A DNA stretch of 52,416 nucleotides from a virus (taxonomy: Duplodnaviria > Heunggongvirae > Uroviricota > Caudoviricetes). Below, piece after piece: positions 9,131 through 18,857 of the stretch. The translations under genes and the position numbers were made by a program. The stretch lies in the IMG/VR virus record IMGVR_UViG_2896589216_000005. One strand, 5' to 3'. The notes beneath the pieces are model-generated. The model was not told the origin of the DNA and did not search any database. It saw only the letters and a list, made by a program, of their open reading frames with translations. The number at the start of each line of letters is the position of its first letter. The first letter of the stretch is position 1.

Positions 9131-9919
9131 TTGTCGGAGGAAATTTTAATGGAAACCGTATTTGACGCACTGAAAGCAATGGGAAAAGCCACATCGGTAG
9201 AACTGGCCGCGCGACTTGATATCAGTCGTGAAGAGGTTCTCAACGAGCTGTGGGAACTCAAAAGAAATGGCGTCGTTGATAAAACTGGTCACACCTGGTT
9301 TCTGGCTGGCGAAGGTGAATCCCGGGTAACCGAAGAGCGGCCAGTAAAATCTGAAGCACAGGATATGCTGACCGGGGAGGTCGAACAAAAAGTTACCGCA
9401 GACATGATGATTGAGTTTATCGGTCAGGATGGTGCTAAAACGTGTGAGGAACTGGCGGGTAAGTTCGGCGTCAGTACTCGCAAGGTTGCCTCCACGCTGG
9501 CGGTGGTAACCGCAACGGGGCGGCTGGCACGCGTTAATCAGAACGGTAAATTTCGTTACTGCATGCCGGGCGATAATTTACCAGCAGAGCCGAAAGCCGC
9601 GCTGGTAACGGAAAGTGATGGTAAGGCCTTTCCTCAGCCAGCAGGTGCTGCGTTACCAGTCCGGGAAGCCGCAACACAGGAAGAAATTAAAACAGAAACT
9701 GTGGCGGACATTGTGCAGCCGTTGCCATCGTTTACCGAAACGCAAGCAGATGAGCTGATTTTTCCGTCCCTTCGCAGGGCAAACCTGGCGCTGCGCAGGG
9801 CGAAAAGTGATGTTCAGAAGTGGGAGCGAGTCTGCGCCGCGCTGCGGGAGCTGAACAAGCACCGGGATATTGTTCGACAGATTACTGATTCTTCCCGCCG
9901 TGTTGTATCGGAAAAGTGA
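9131..9919 (+). CDS. Hypothetical phage protein with N-terminal winged-helix (DUF1627-like), 262 aa
   Basis: ORF; N-terminal wHTH-like segment ([28 protein letters not shown]). Confidence 0.55.
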   Translation: MSEEILMETVFDALKAMGKATSVELAARLDISREEVLNELWELKRNGVVDKTGHTWFLAGEGESRVTEERPVKSEAQDMLTGEVEQKVTADMMIEFIGQDGAKTCEELAGKFGVSTRKVASTLAVVTATGRLARVNQNGKFRYCMPGDNLPAEPKAALVTESDGKAFPQPAGAALPVREAATQEEIKTETVADIVQPLPSFTETQADELIFPSLRRANLALRRAKSDVQKWERVCAALRELNKHRDIVRQITDSSRRVVSEK

Positions 9920-10327
9920 TTGCCGGAGGCGCTTATGGCAAAAGTATTTACACCAGAAGAGCGGGAAGAAGTGAAGGCGCGCATTGTGGAATTCGTGCGC
10001 CTGAGCGGACGAGAAACTTTTCGACAACTGGCAGATAAAACGGGTGTCAGTAAGACCGCTATTCGTCGTTTATCTGGTGCGCTTGCGGCCAGTGGTGATG
10101 TCTGGCTCTCTGGTTGCGGGGTATTTCCATCAGAGCAGGCGTATCGCGTATGGCGTAAGACACCGGAGAAGGCTGCTGACCCGACACTGATTCGAAAGTT
10201 ACCTGACGGAGAAATACGTCGTTACAACAGACGGCAGAACATAATTTGTCGTGAGTGCCGCCAGAGCGAAGTTATGCAGCGTGTGCTGGCGTTCTATCGG
10301 GGAAACTTTCAGGAGGTGATGGAGTGA
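9920..10327 (+). CDS. Hypothetical phage protein, 135 aa
   Basis: ORF tightly packed in the early operon. Confidence 0.5.
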   Translation: MPEALMAKVFTPEEREEVKARIVEFVRLSGRETFRQLADKTGVSKTAIRRLSGALAASGDVWLSGCGVFPSEQAYRVWRKTPEKAADPTLIRKLPDGEIRRYNRRQNIICRECRQSEVMQRVLAFYRGNFQEVME

Positions 10328-10620
10328 GGGTCAGAGTTTATATTGCCGGTCCAATGACGGGATATGAAAATTTCAACCGTGAGGCGTTTCACAAGGCGGA
10401 AGAGGAACTGAAACGGGAAGGGCATACCGTCTTAAACCCGGCAGTACTTCCGGACGGGCTGACACAGCCGCACTACATGGATATTTGCATGGCAATGATT
10501 CGTTGTGTGGATGCGATTTACATGCTGAATGGCTGGCAGCGGTCAGCGGGCGCTAAGGCAGAGCTGGCACTGGCGGAGAAACTGGGGCATGCAGTGATTT
10601 ATCAGGAGGTGGCTCAATGA
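10324..10620 (+). CDS. DUF4406 / nucleoside 2-deoxyribosyltransferase-like small protein (98 aa)
   Basis: GTG start overlapping the upstream stop, AGGAGG SD; VYIAGPMTG...N-terminal motif typical of the deoxyribosyltransferase-like fold. Confidence 0.55.
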   Translation: MRVRVYIAGPMTGYENFNREAFHKAEEELKREGHTVLNPAVLPDGLTQPHYMDICMAMIRCVDAIYMLNGWQRSAGAKAELALAEKLGHAVIYQEVAQ

Positions 10621-11078
10621 GAGAGGTTAACTATGAGGCGCTTCGTGAGGCAGCACAAAACTATCAGTCGACGCTGGCGTGGTATCAGGCTATCCCGGAC
10701 AGCCCAAATGCTGAACGGGATTGTGATGCGGCTCTTGCTGCGTTTAAGCGTCACATCCGTCATCGGGAAGCGGATATTATCGCTGATTTGCTGGATGGAC
10801 TGGAAGAAGCAAAATCACAACTCAAAGAGCAGCGTGAGTATTACGAAGGCGTTATCTCTGATGGGAGCAAGCGTATTGCTGAACTGGAAGCGCGGGAAGT
10901 TCAATTACCGACTCGCTACGACCTTCGATATGGACACCCGATAAATGCAGATGAGCGACATGTCATGATACCTAAAGAAAATGGCAGTTGGCTTTACCTG
11001 ATTGACCTAGAACACGCATTACGCGTCGCTGGCATTCGCATCAAAGGAGAGGAGCATGGAAATAAAACCAGAGGATGA
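10617..11078 (+). CDS. Hypothetical phage protein, 153 aa
   Basis: ORF with start overlapping the upstream stop. Confidence 0.5.
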   Translation: MREVNYEALREAAQNYQSTLAWYQAIPDSPNAERDCDAALAAFKRHIRHREADIIADLLDGLEEAKSQLKEQREYYEGVISDGSKRIAELEAREVQLPTRYDLRYGHPINADERHVMIPKENGSWLYLIDLEHALRVAGIRIKGEEHGNKTRG

Positions 11079-11412
11079 GTTAAGCAATATCGTTTTATTT
11101 CCGGTAAAAGAGGATGACCCTCGTAATCAGGTTAATTTTCTTTATGAGCCATCGGAAAGACCATATTGTCATCACGCCTCTGTTCGGGTTGACGAAAAAG
11201 AGCGTCAGGTCCGCTGTAAAATCTGCGGTGCAGTTGTGGAGCCATTTGACTGGATGCTCTCTGTGGCGAAAAGAGAAACCAGACTGGCAGATGATGTAAG
11301 GCTATTGCGCCAGGAGGAACAGGAAAGGCGGAAAAATATAGAAAAGTTAATTCAGATTGAGCGTAACGCGAAAGCGCGGATATGCAGGGCGACAAAATCC
11401 AGAACTGAATAA
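11056..11412 (+). CDS. Hypothetical protein with CxxC zinc-ribbon motif, 118 aa
   Basis: ORF; CKICGAVVEP motif. Confidence 0.45.
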   Translation: MEIKPEDELSNIVLFPVKEDDPRNQVNFLYEPSERPYCHHASVRVDEKERQVRCKICGAVVEPFDWMLSVAKRETRLADDVRLLRQEEQERRKNIEKLIQIERNAKARICRATKSRTE

Positions 11413-11507
11413 TTAAATTTAGCACTGTAAATAAAATCAAATCCTTAACCGGAGGGATTTCTGCACCCTCAGAACATCAGGAGGCCGTCCGAAAGGGCGG
11501 TAGTGAA

Positions 11508-11690
11508 ATGCGAAAATTCAAAATAATTATTGAAACGGGAATAGCCGGTGGAGATTTCGAGGATGAATTCGAAGTGGATGATGATGCAACACCAGATGAA
11601 ATACAGGATGAAGCTAAAGATATTTTCTTTAACTACTGCAATTACTCATACCACGAAATAAAAGACGAAGAGGAAGAACAAAATGGCTGA
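11508..11690 (+). CDS. Small acidic protein, 60 aa
   Basis: ORF; highly acidic (D/E-rich). Confidence 0.4.
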   Translation: MRKFKIIIETGIAGGDFEDEFEVDDDATPDEIQDEAKDIFFNYCNYSYHEIKDEEEEQNG

Positions 11691-11859
11691 TTTTGGTTCA
11701 ACTAAATATAACGCCAGTTTTGAAGAATGGCATGAACTGTTAATGGATTATGCAGAGTTACGCGGTGGAAGTGCCGCTGATGCTGAAGCATGGCGTGATG
11801 ATTATGAAGCAGGGAAAACACCGGTCGAAGCATATTGTGATGAGTGGGGCGATGAATGA
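11683..11859 (+). CDS. Small hypothetical protein, 58 aa (below the ORF-track length cutoff)
   Basis: ATG at 11683 overlaps the upstream stop; its stop overlaps the next start (ATGA at 11856). Confidence 0.4.
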   Translation: MADFGSTKYNASFEEWHELLMDYAELRGGSAADAEAWRDDYEAGKTPVEAYCDEWGDE

Positions 11860-12215
11860 GCGAGATTAATTATCAGGAAGGGCATGAAAAGGCAGGGCAG
11901 GCAAAACCAGTGGCATGGCGATATCGCTACGTGAAAAAAGGCGTTACAGACTTTCAGGGGAAGCAGTGGGTTGGTGACTGGAAATATGTCCCGACAAAAG
12001 AGGATTGTAACGACAGACCAAACTATGAAATTCAGGCGTTATTCACGGCCCCGCCAGCTTCGGTGACATCAGAAGGACTGGTTAAAGCTGTGCGCTTTTA
12101 TGAACAGGTACGGCGTGAGGATCCGCCAGTTGAAACCGGAGCATGGAAAGACGCTATTGACTGGGTACTCAAGGAGGCCTGCCTGGTTGTAAACACGGGC
12201 ATCAAAGGAGGCTGA
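11856..12215 (+). CDS. Hypothetical phage protein, 119 aa
   Basis: ORF, translationally coupled. Confidence 0.5.
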   Translation: MSEINYQEGHEKAGQAKPVAWRYRYVKKGVTDFQGKQWVGDWKYVPTKEDCNDRPNYEIQALFTAPPASVTSEGLVKAVRFYEQVRREDPPVETGAWKDAIDWVLKEACLVVNTGIKGG

Positions 12216-12431
12216 ATGGGTATTGCCGCAAGTTATACCATGCATCTCTATTGTGATTGCCGCCAGTGTACGGATGGCAAATATCAGTCGCCAGATTTTG
12301 GTGAGTATATGGGTACGTCATGGGCTGGCTGTGCAAAAGAGGCACGTAAAGATGGGTGGCGAATAAGTGCCGACAAAACGCGTGCTTTTGCGCCAGGGCA
12401 TAAAATTTTGAGGAGCAACAAAGGAGAGTGA
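12216..12431 (+). CDS. Small Cys-rich hypothetical protein, 71 aa
   Basis: ORF starting 1 nt after the upstream stop. Confidence 0.45.
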   Translation: MGIAASYTMHLYCDCRQCTDGKYQSPDFGEYMGTSWAGCAKEARKDGWRISADKTRAFAPGHKILRSNKGE

Positions 12432-12432
12432 T

Positions 12433-12651
12433 GTGCCTACATTATTCAGAAAAGAATATCCGCGAAAAAGTAGAGCGACAGAATTTTTGTTTCTCATTCT
12501 GTTTATCGTGTTGATGATACCGATATCCCCGTTAATTCTGGTATGGGGAATCGGAAAAATAATTGAGCCAGTTATTGAATTGTATAACGACGTGGTATGG
12601 GCTCCGTTCAACACACTGCACAATAAAATTAATCCGTATAAGGAAAACTGA
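12433..12651 (+). CDS. Small membrane protein, 72 aa
   Basis: ORF with a strongly hydrophobic core (FLFLILFIVLMIPISPLILVWGIG). Confidence 0.45.
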   Translation: MPTLFRKEYPRKSRATEFLFLILFIVLMIPISPLILVWGIGKIIEPVIELYNDVVWAPFNTLHNKINPYKEN

Positions 12652-12652
12652 T

Positions 12653-12916
12653 ATGGCAACTTTGACAAAAAAAGAACAGGCATGGTTGAACGAATTACAG
12701 GACGTTCTTGATCGCTGTCCATCACCGAAAAAAATTGGTTTTTACACCATTGGCGATAAAAGCATTTACCTGTATGACCTGCGCCGCATGGATGAAATCA
12801 TGGAGGCTCTTGATAATCGTTCGTCAATGGATTGGTGTGTTGCTGTCCATGATATGAATGCAGGGTTTGATGAAAAGATTTTGTTCCCCTCATCAGTTGA
12901 AAGCACTGCGGGTTAA
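12653..12916 (+). CDS. Hypothetical phage protein, 87 aa
   Basis: ATG at 12653 just after the upstream stop. Confidence 0.45.
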   Translation: MATLTKKEQAWLNELQDVLDRCPSPKKIGFYTIGDKSIYLYDLRRMDEIMEALDNRSSMDWCVAVHDMNAGFDEKILFPSSVESTAG

Positions 12917-12926
12917 GGAGTAACAC

Positions 12927-13094
12927 ATGACCACTATTACCAAAGAACGTATTGAATTGTTCATTAAAAACCCGCTTGAAAACGGGCTTACCCGTGGTGA
13001 ACAAATGGAACTGGCACGGATTGCGCTGGCATCGCTGGAAGCAGAGCCGGTTGTGTTCTGGTTTGAAAAATATCAAGAAGGGGCTACGGCATGA
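12927..13094 (+). CDS. Small hypothetical protein, 55 aa
   Basis: ATG at 12927 preceded by AAGGAG SD; stop overlaps the next start (ATGA). Confidence 0.4.
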
Positions 13095-13293
13095 CGACTT
13101 TTACCAGAGAGCAGTTAATAGCTCACGCAGAGGAGACTATTGAAGCACAGAGACTGTGCATACCGGGCACAATCGACCATGACATCATCCGCACATATAA
13201 GATAGACTGGCCCCCTGAATCTCCAGACAACCAGTATCACTTAAATAAGTGATAGTCTTAATACTAGTTTTTAGACTAGTCATTGGAGTACAG

Positions 13294-13659
13294 ATGATTG
13301 ATGTCTTAGGGCCGGAGAAACGCAGACGGCGTACCACACAGGAAAAGATCGCAATTGTTCAGCAGAGCTTTGAACCGGGGATGACGGTCTCCCTCGTTGC
13401 CCGGCAACATGGTGTAGCAGCCAGCCAGTTATTTCTCTGGCGTAAGCAATACCAGGAAGGAAGTCTTACTGCTGTGGCCGCCGGAGAACAGGTTGTTCCT
13501 GCCTCTGAACTTGCTGCCGCCATGAAGCAGATTAAAGAACTCCAGCGCCTGCTCGGCAAGAAAACGATGGAAAATGAACTCCTCAAAGAAGCCGTTGAAT
13601 ATGGACGGGCAAAAAAGTGGATAGCGCACGCGCCCTTATTGCCCGGGGATGGGGAGTAA
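13294..13659 (+). CDS. insC: IS2 InsC (orfA)
   Basis: 121-aa ORF from [14 protein letters not shown]6G slippery site before stop. Confidence 0.9.
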
Positions 13660-14522
13660 GCTTAGTCAGCCGTTGTCTCCGGGTGTCGCGTGCGCAGTTG
13701 CACGTCATTCTCAGACGAACCGATGACTGGATGGATGGCCGCCGCAGTCGTCACACTGATGATACGGATGTGCTTCTCCGTATACACCATGTTATCGGAG
13801 AGCTGCCCACGTATGGTTATCGTCGGGTATGGGCGCTGCTTCGCAGACAGGCAGAACTTGATGGTATGCCTGCGATCAATGCCAAACGTGTTTACCGGAT
13901 CATGCGCCAGAATGCGCTGTTGCTTGAGCGAAAACCTGCTGTACCACCATCGAAACGGGCACATACAGGCAGAGTGGCCGTGAAAGAAAGCAATCAGCGA
14001 TGGTGCTCTGACGGGTTCGAGTTCTGCTGTGATAACGGAGAGAGACTGCGTGTCACGTTCGCGCTGGACTGCTGTGATCGTGAGGCACTGCACTGGGCGG
14101 TGACTACCGGCGGCTTCAACAGTGAAACAGTACAGGACGTCATGCTGGGAGCGGTGGAACGCCGCTTCGGCAACGATCTTCCGTCGTCTCCAGTGGAGTG
14201 GCTGACGGATAATGGTTCATGCTACCGGGCTAATGAAACACGCCAGTTCGCCCGGATGTTGGGACTTGAACCGAAGAACACGGCGGTGCGGAGTCCGGAG
14301 AGTAACGGAATAGCAGAGAGCTTCGTGAAAACGATAAAGCGTGACTACATCAGTATCATGCCCAAACCAGACGGGTTAACGGCAGCAAAGAACCTTGCAG
14401 AGGCGTTCGAGCATTATAACGAATGGCATCCGCATAGTGCGCTGGGTTATCGCTCGCCACGGGAATATCTGCGGCAGCGGGCTTGTAATGGGTTAAGTGA
14501 TAACAGATGTCTGGAAATATAG
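13617..14522 (+). CDS. insD: IS2 InsD (orfB transposase, DDE)
   Basis: 301-aa ORF in the -1 frame relative to insC. Confidence 0.9.
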
Positions 14523-14766
14523 GGGCAAATCCAAAGATGGATATTGCTGTTCTGGAAATCGCACTGGTATCGCTGGCAGCAGAGCCAGCCGGTAAATTGC
14601 ATGAATACAAACCAGTGGGATATCAGCGTCTGGTCGATGAGTTAACCATGCTGGTAAAGCAGTTAACCTGGCAACTGAGGAAAGCGAAGCCAGACTGCAA
14701 ATTACCGGATAAGGCGATGAGTTATCTGGAGCGGAACGGACTGATAAGCGTGGAGGATATTTTACG

Positions 14767-14850
14767 ATGACCTGGCCTGAAGCATTAACAACGGTAGGAA
14801 TTGCGATGGCGGTGGCGCTGGTGGTGTATTCGATTTGCCGCTGGGGATAA
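14767..14850 (+). CDS. Possible 27-aa hydrophobic peptide
   Basis: ATG overlaps the upstream stop (ATGA); product MTWPEALTTVGIAMAVALVVYSICRWG; too short to be confident. Confidence 0.25.
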   Translation: MTWPEALTTVGIAMAVALVVYSICRWG

Positions 14851-15061
14851 AAACGGTTTGCGGGAAAAGGAGAGTTAAGTAGAATTGCAGCGGGTGCTTG
14901 AGGCTATCTGTCTCAGGCATGAACACCAAAAGGCAGATAGAGAAAAGCCCCAGTTAACATTACGCGTCCGGCAAGACGCTTAACATTAATCTGAGGCCAT
15001 ATCTATGCTCTACACACGTAGGTTAGCCTCTTACGTGCCGAAAGGCAAGGAGAAGCAGGCT

Positions 15062-15217
15062 ATGAAGCAGCAAAAGGCGATGCTAATCGCCCTGATCGTC
15101 ATCTGTTTAACCGTCATTGTGACGGCACTGGTAACGAGGAAAGACCTCTGCGAGGTACGAATCCGAACCGGCCAGACGGAGGTCGCTGTCTTCACAGCTT
15201 ACGAACCTGAGGAGTAA
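15062..15217 (+). CDS. hok: Hok/Gef-family membrane toxin (51 aa)
   Basis: MKQQKAMLIALIVICLTVIVTALVTRKDLCEVRIRTGQTEVAVFTAYEPEE matches the Hok family signature (closest recalled member HokD/RelF). Confidence 0.8.
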   Translation: MKQQKAMLIALIVICLTVIVTALVTRKDLCEVRIRTGQTEVAVFTAYEPEE

Positions 15218-15285
15218 GAGACCCGGCGAGGGAGAAATCCCTCGCCACCTCTGATGTGGCAGGCATTCTCAACGCACCCGCACTT

Positions 15286-15318
15286 AACCCGCTTCGGCGG
15301 GTTTTTGTTTTTATTTTC
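15286..15318 (+). terminator. Rho-independent terminator after hok
   Basis: GC hairpin CCCGCTTCGGCGGG followed by T-run. Confidence 0.5.
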
Positions 15319-15433
15319 AACGCATTTGAAGTTCTGGACGGTGCCGGAATAGAATCAAAAATACTTAAGTAGCGCGCAGGGATAAGAGGGATGGTCCCTT
15401 AAAGGGGAGAGCTAATTATCCGGAAGGATTCTG

Positions 15434-15685
15434 ATGATGAACATCGAAGAGCTGCGTAAAATTTTTTGTGAAGATGGCCTCTATGCTGTGTGCGTTGAAA
15501 ATGGAAATATTGTTAGTCATTACCGCATTGTGTGTTTGCAAAAAAATGGGGCTGCGTTAATTAATTTTGTGGATGCCCGAGTGACGGACGGATTTATCTT
15601 GCGCGACGGTGAGTTTGTCACTTCATTACAGGTATTGAAAGAGATCGGAATAAAAGCTGGCTTTTCTGCTTTTTCAGAAGAATAA
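15434..15685 (+). CDS. Hypothetical protein, 83 aa (Rem-like by position and size)
   Basis: ORF between hok and the DUF968 gene, as rem is in Qin. Confidence 0.45.
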   Translation: MMNIEELRKIFCEDGLYAVCVENGNIVSHYRIVCLQKNGAALINFVDARVTDGFILRDGEFVTSLQVLKEIGIKAGFSAFSEE

Positions 15686-15751
15686 ACTCATCTACAATCT
15701 TGCGCGGGGCTGAACTCCCGCTGAGTAACACCGTGCCACCGGAGAAAACCG

Positions 15752-16030
15752 ATGGCACGCAACGCAAAATATTACAAACATGATAATTCGACCGTTCTTG
15801 CCCACACGCACGAGCGGTATTCTCACGCATTTAAGTCAGACTGGTACCAGCATCCCCCATGCACTGAAGAACAGGCCGAATGGCTCATTCAGTGTTACCG
15901 CAGGCGCGGATGCGAGGTTAAAAAAGCCCTTAGCCTCGACTACCGTCACTGGATAATCTCCGTCAGGCTTCCTTACTCCGAACGCCCACCGCGTCTGTCC
16001 CGCACATACCAGCAACGCATCTGGAGATAA
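15752..16030 (+). CDS. Hypothetical protein, 92 aa
   Basis: ORF ending 1 nt before the DUF968 gene start. Confidence 0.4.
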   Translation: MARNAKYYKHDNSTVLAHTHERYSHAFKSDWYQHPPCTEEQAEWLIQCYRRRGCEVKKALSLDYRHWIISVRLPYSERPPRLSRTYQQRIWR

Positions 16031-16031
16031 C

Positions 16032-17078
16032 GTGCGGGTATTACTTCGACCTGTTCTGGTACCGGAACTCGGGCTGGTGATCGTTAAGCCGGGCCGTGAA
16101 TCCATGCCGGTATTCCACAATACCCGGGTACTGGTGGAGCCGGAACCGAAAAGCATGCGTAATCTGCCGTCCGGGGTCGTTCCTGCCGTTCGCCAGCCGC
16201 TGGCGGAGGATAAATCATTACTGCCATTTTTCAGCGACGAACGAGTGATTCGTGCTGCTGGTGGCGCTGGCGCATTGTCTGACTGGTTACTGCGCCATGT
16301 TAAATCCTGCCAGTGGCCACACGGCGATTATCACCACAGTGAAACCGTCATTCACCGTTATGGTACCGGCGCAATGGTGTTGTGCTGGCACTGCGACAAC
16401 CAGCTGCGCGACCAGACCTCCGAATCACTCGGGCAACTTGCTCACCAAAACCTGTCTGCATGGATGATTGACGTCATACGCCATGCAATGAATGGCTCGC
16501 AGGAACGGGAATTATCGCTGGCTGAATTATCCTGGTGGGCGGTCCGCAATCAGGTGGCGGACGCGCTACCGGAAGCGGTATTACGTCGTTCGCTGGGGTT
16601 GCGTGCGGAAAAAATCCGCTCAATGTACCGTGAAAGCGACATCGTACCGGGAGAGCAGACCGCCACCAGCATACTGAAGCAGCGCACAAAAAATCTTGCG
16701 CCGCTGCCTCACGCCCACCAGCAAAACCCGCCACAGGAAGAGACGGTGGTCAGCATTGCCGTTGATCCTGAGTCTCCGGAATCTTTCATGAAACGACCTA
16801 AACGTCGCCGCTGGGTTAACGAGAAATACACACGCTGGGTGAAGACACAGCCGTGTGCGTGTTGTGGTAAGCCAGCCGACGATCCCCATCACCTGATTGG
16901 TCATGGTCAGGGCGGAATGGGGACAAAATCTCACGATATTTTCACGCTACCGCTGTGTCGGGAGCATCACAACGAGCTTCATGCGGATCCTCTGGCGTTC
17001 GAAGAAAAGCATGGTTCTCAGGTTGATTTAATTTTTCGTTTTCTTGATCACGCCTTTGCAACTGGCGTGCTTGGGTAA
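16032..17078 (+). CDS. ydfU: DUF968 (YdfU-like) protein with C-terminal HNH-like Cys/His motif
   Basis: 348-aa ORF; CACCGKPADDPHHLIGHGQGG...CREHHNELH; position between hok and Q as in Qin. Confidence 0.65.
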   Translation: MRVLLRPVLVPELGLVIVKPGRESMPVFHNTRVLVEPEPKSMRNLPSGVVPAVRQPLAEDKSLLPFFSDERVIRAAGGAGALSDWLLRHVKSCQWPHGDYHHSETVIHRYGTGAMVLCWHCDNQLRDQTSESLGQLAHQNLSAWMIDVIRHAMNGSQERELSLAELSWWAVRNQVADALPEAVLRRSLGLRAEKIRSMYRESDIVPGEQTATSILKQRTKNLAPLPHAHQQNPPQEETVVSIAVDPESPESFMKRPKRRRWVNEKYTRWVKTQPCACCGKPADDPHHLIGHGQGGMGTKSHDIFTLPLCREHHNELHADPLAFEEKHGSQVDLIFRFLDHAFATGVLG

Positions 17079-17090
17079 AAGAGGTGACTG

Positions 17091-17465
17091 ATGCTCATAG
17101 ATTTGGTTTTACCTTACCCGCCGACGGTGAACACTTACTGGCGACGCCGTGGCAGCACATATTTTATCTCGGAGGAGGGAAAGCGTTATCGCCGGGCTGT
17201 GGCGCTTATTGTTCGCCAGCAGCGGCTGAAATTAATCCTGTCCGGAAGGCTGGCGATAAAGGTGATTGCAGAGCCACCGGATAAGCGTCGTCGCGACCTG
17301 GACAATATCCTGAAAGCACCGCTGGATGCGCTGACGCATGCGGGAGTGTTAATGGACGATGAGCAGTTTGATGAAATCAATATCGTTCGTGGTCAGCCAG
17401 TATCTGGTGGACGTATGGGGGTGAAGATTTACCCCATAATGCATGAAGAGCAGGTCAAAAAATGA
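17091..17465 (+). CDS. rusA: RusA-family Holliday junction resolvase
   Basis: 124-aa ORF; YPPTVNTYWRRRG and RRRDLDN motifs of RusA. Confidence 0.85.
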   Translation: MLIDLVLPYPPTVNTYWRRRGSTYFISEEGKRYRRAVALIVRQQRLKLILSGRLAIKVIAEPPDKRRRDLDNILKAPLDALTHAGVLMDDEQFDEINIVRGQPVSGGRMGVKIYPIMHEEQVKK

Positions 17466-18283
17466 AACTGGAAGATTTACCGAAATACTACTCCCCAAAA
17501 TCCCCTGGCCTGACCGATGTATCGGCCTCAACGTCAAAAGATGCGCTGAGTATCACTGATGTGATGGCCGCGCAGGGCATGACACAGAATCGGGCTGAGA
17601 TGGGGTTTTCTGCGTTCCTGGGGAAAATGGGCATCAGTATGAATGACAGGGCGCGGGCAACAGAATTACTGGCAGATTATGCACTCAGTCGGTGCGATCG
17701 TGTGGCGGCGTTGAGAAAACTTCCGGCAGAAATAAAACCGGTAGTGATGCGCATTATGGCTTCGTACGCTTTTGAGGATTATGCCCGCAGCGCAGCGAGT
17801 AAAAAGCAGTGCCCTTGTTGCTATGGGGAAAAATTTATTGAAAGCGTAGTTTTTACAAACAAGGTCCAGTATCCGGATGGTAAGCCGCCGGTATGGGCAA
17901 AGTGTACGAAAGGTGTGTATCCGTCTTACTGGGAAGAATGGAAAAAAGTCAGGGAGGTGGTAAAAGTTGCCTGTCCGGAGTGTGGCGGAAAGGGTGAGGT
18001 TTCCACCGCCTGTAAGGATTGCCGTGGGCGTGGTGTCGCCATTCATCGTGAAGAGTCGGTAAAACGTGGTATGCCTGTTATCAGAGACTGCCAGCGTTGT
18101 GGTGGTCGTGGCTGTGAAAGACTACCATCAACGGAGGCATTTAATGCCATATGCAAAGTGACGAGTGCTATCACGCTTGATACGTGGAAAAAATCAGTGA
18201 AACGCTTTTACGATACGTTGGTGGTTCGGTTTGACATTGAAGAGGCATGGGCGGAGCGGCAGTTAAAGAGGGTAACGCGATAG
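17462..18283 (+). CDS. Q: Late-gene antiterminator Q (zinc-binding type)
   Basis: 273-aa ORF with multiple CxxC pairs, located just upstream of a promoter/terminator pair and the late genes. Confidence 0.78.
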   Translation: MKLEDLPKYYSPKSPGLTDVSASTSKDALSITDVMAAQGMTQNRAEMGFSAFLGKMGISMNDRARATELLADYALSRCDRVAALRKLPAEIKPVVMRIMASYAFEDYARSAASKKQCPCCYGEKFIESVVFTNKVQYPDGKPPVWAKCTKGVYPSYWEEWKKVREVVKVACPECGGKGEVSTACKDCRGRGVAIHREESVKRGMPVIRDCQRCGGRGCERLPSTEAFNAICKVTSAITLDTWKKSVKRFYDTLVVRFDIEEAWAERQLKRVTR

Positions 18284-18288
18284 TGTTG

Positions 18289-18322
18289 TTGATTTTTCCC
18301 GAATCTGTGGTAAATTTGCTCT
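18289..18322 (+). promoter_or_regulatory. Putative late promoter PR-prime and qut region
   Basis: TTGATT, 16-nt spacer, TAAATT just after the Q stop and before the terminator. Confidence 0.35.
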
Positions 18323-18365
18323 AACGATGGGCGTTTTATGCCTGACGTTAGAAGATTTTTTACAC

Positions 18366-18388
18366 CCCGCCGCCTGGCGGGTTTTTTA
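18366..18388 (+). terminator. tR-prime-like intrinsic terminator
   Basis: Hairpin CCCGCC-GCCT-GGCGGG followed by TTTTTT. Confidence 0.55.
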
Positions 18389-18509
18389 TGACTGAAATCG
18401 CGTCAGTACAGTAAACGCGCTGGTGGCGGTGAATACCTGTCTTTCAGCTTGCTGGCTTTTTCGACAAGAGTTATTGGTGTGTCACGTTAACCGGAAAAGG
18501 GAAAAAGAC

Positions 18510-18707
18510 ATGCTGAAACAGCAGGATATGACAGAAACCGCCAGAGTGGTGTTTAATGAATTAAGCGTTAACGACCCGGCGACAGTCGGGGAGATTGCGC
18601 AGAATACTTACCTTTCACGCGAACGCTGCCAGTTAATACTGACCCAGCTGGTTATGGCGGGTCTGGCAGACTATCAGTTCGGTTGTTACAGACGCCTTCC
18701 GCAGTGA
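18510..18707 (+). CDS. Small winged-helix-like protein, 65 aa
   Basis: ATG at 18510 after the terminator; ORF track extends it upstream to 18423. Confidence 0.4.
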   Translation: MLKQQDMTETARVVFNELSVNDPATVGEIAQNTYLSRERCQLILTQLVMAGLADYQFGCYRRLPQ

Positions 18708-18857
18708 AGGCTTTTTTATTTGTGGTAAATGGGCGGCTGGTGGGTGTTAGGGGCACCCACCAGCCATCTGCTCATGCGTTGGGTTCACAAGCAAACCTCA
18801 GGCCCACTGCTTTGCGCAAAAGCAGAATGAGCCTATCAGAGACAGGCTTAATGATCC

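Larger units (their letters stand above)
13203..14532 (+). mobile_element. IS2: IS2 insertion sequence, copy 1 (about 1330 bp), flanked by AAGAT
   Basis: Canonical IS2 ends (TAGACTGGCCCCCTGAATCTCC ... GGGGCAAATCCA); insC and insD ORFs; 5-bp duplication with a 1-nt boundary ambiguity. Confidence 0.95.
13091..14770 (+). pseudogene. Small phage gene split by IS2 insertion (original product about 115 aa)
   Basis: ATG at 13091 is coupled to the upstream stop; frame runs into IS2 at 13203; removing IS2 and one TSD copy restores one continuous frame ending at 14770. Confidence 0.6.

Noticed and set aside
13662-14093. 143-aa minus-strand ORF inside IS2 (also 24030-24461 in copy 2)
   Set aside because: Antisense to the IS2 transposase gene; identical in both IS copies only because the IS is repeated
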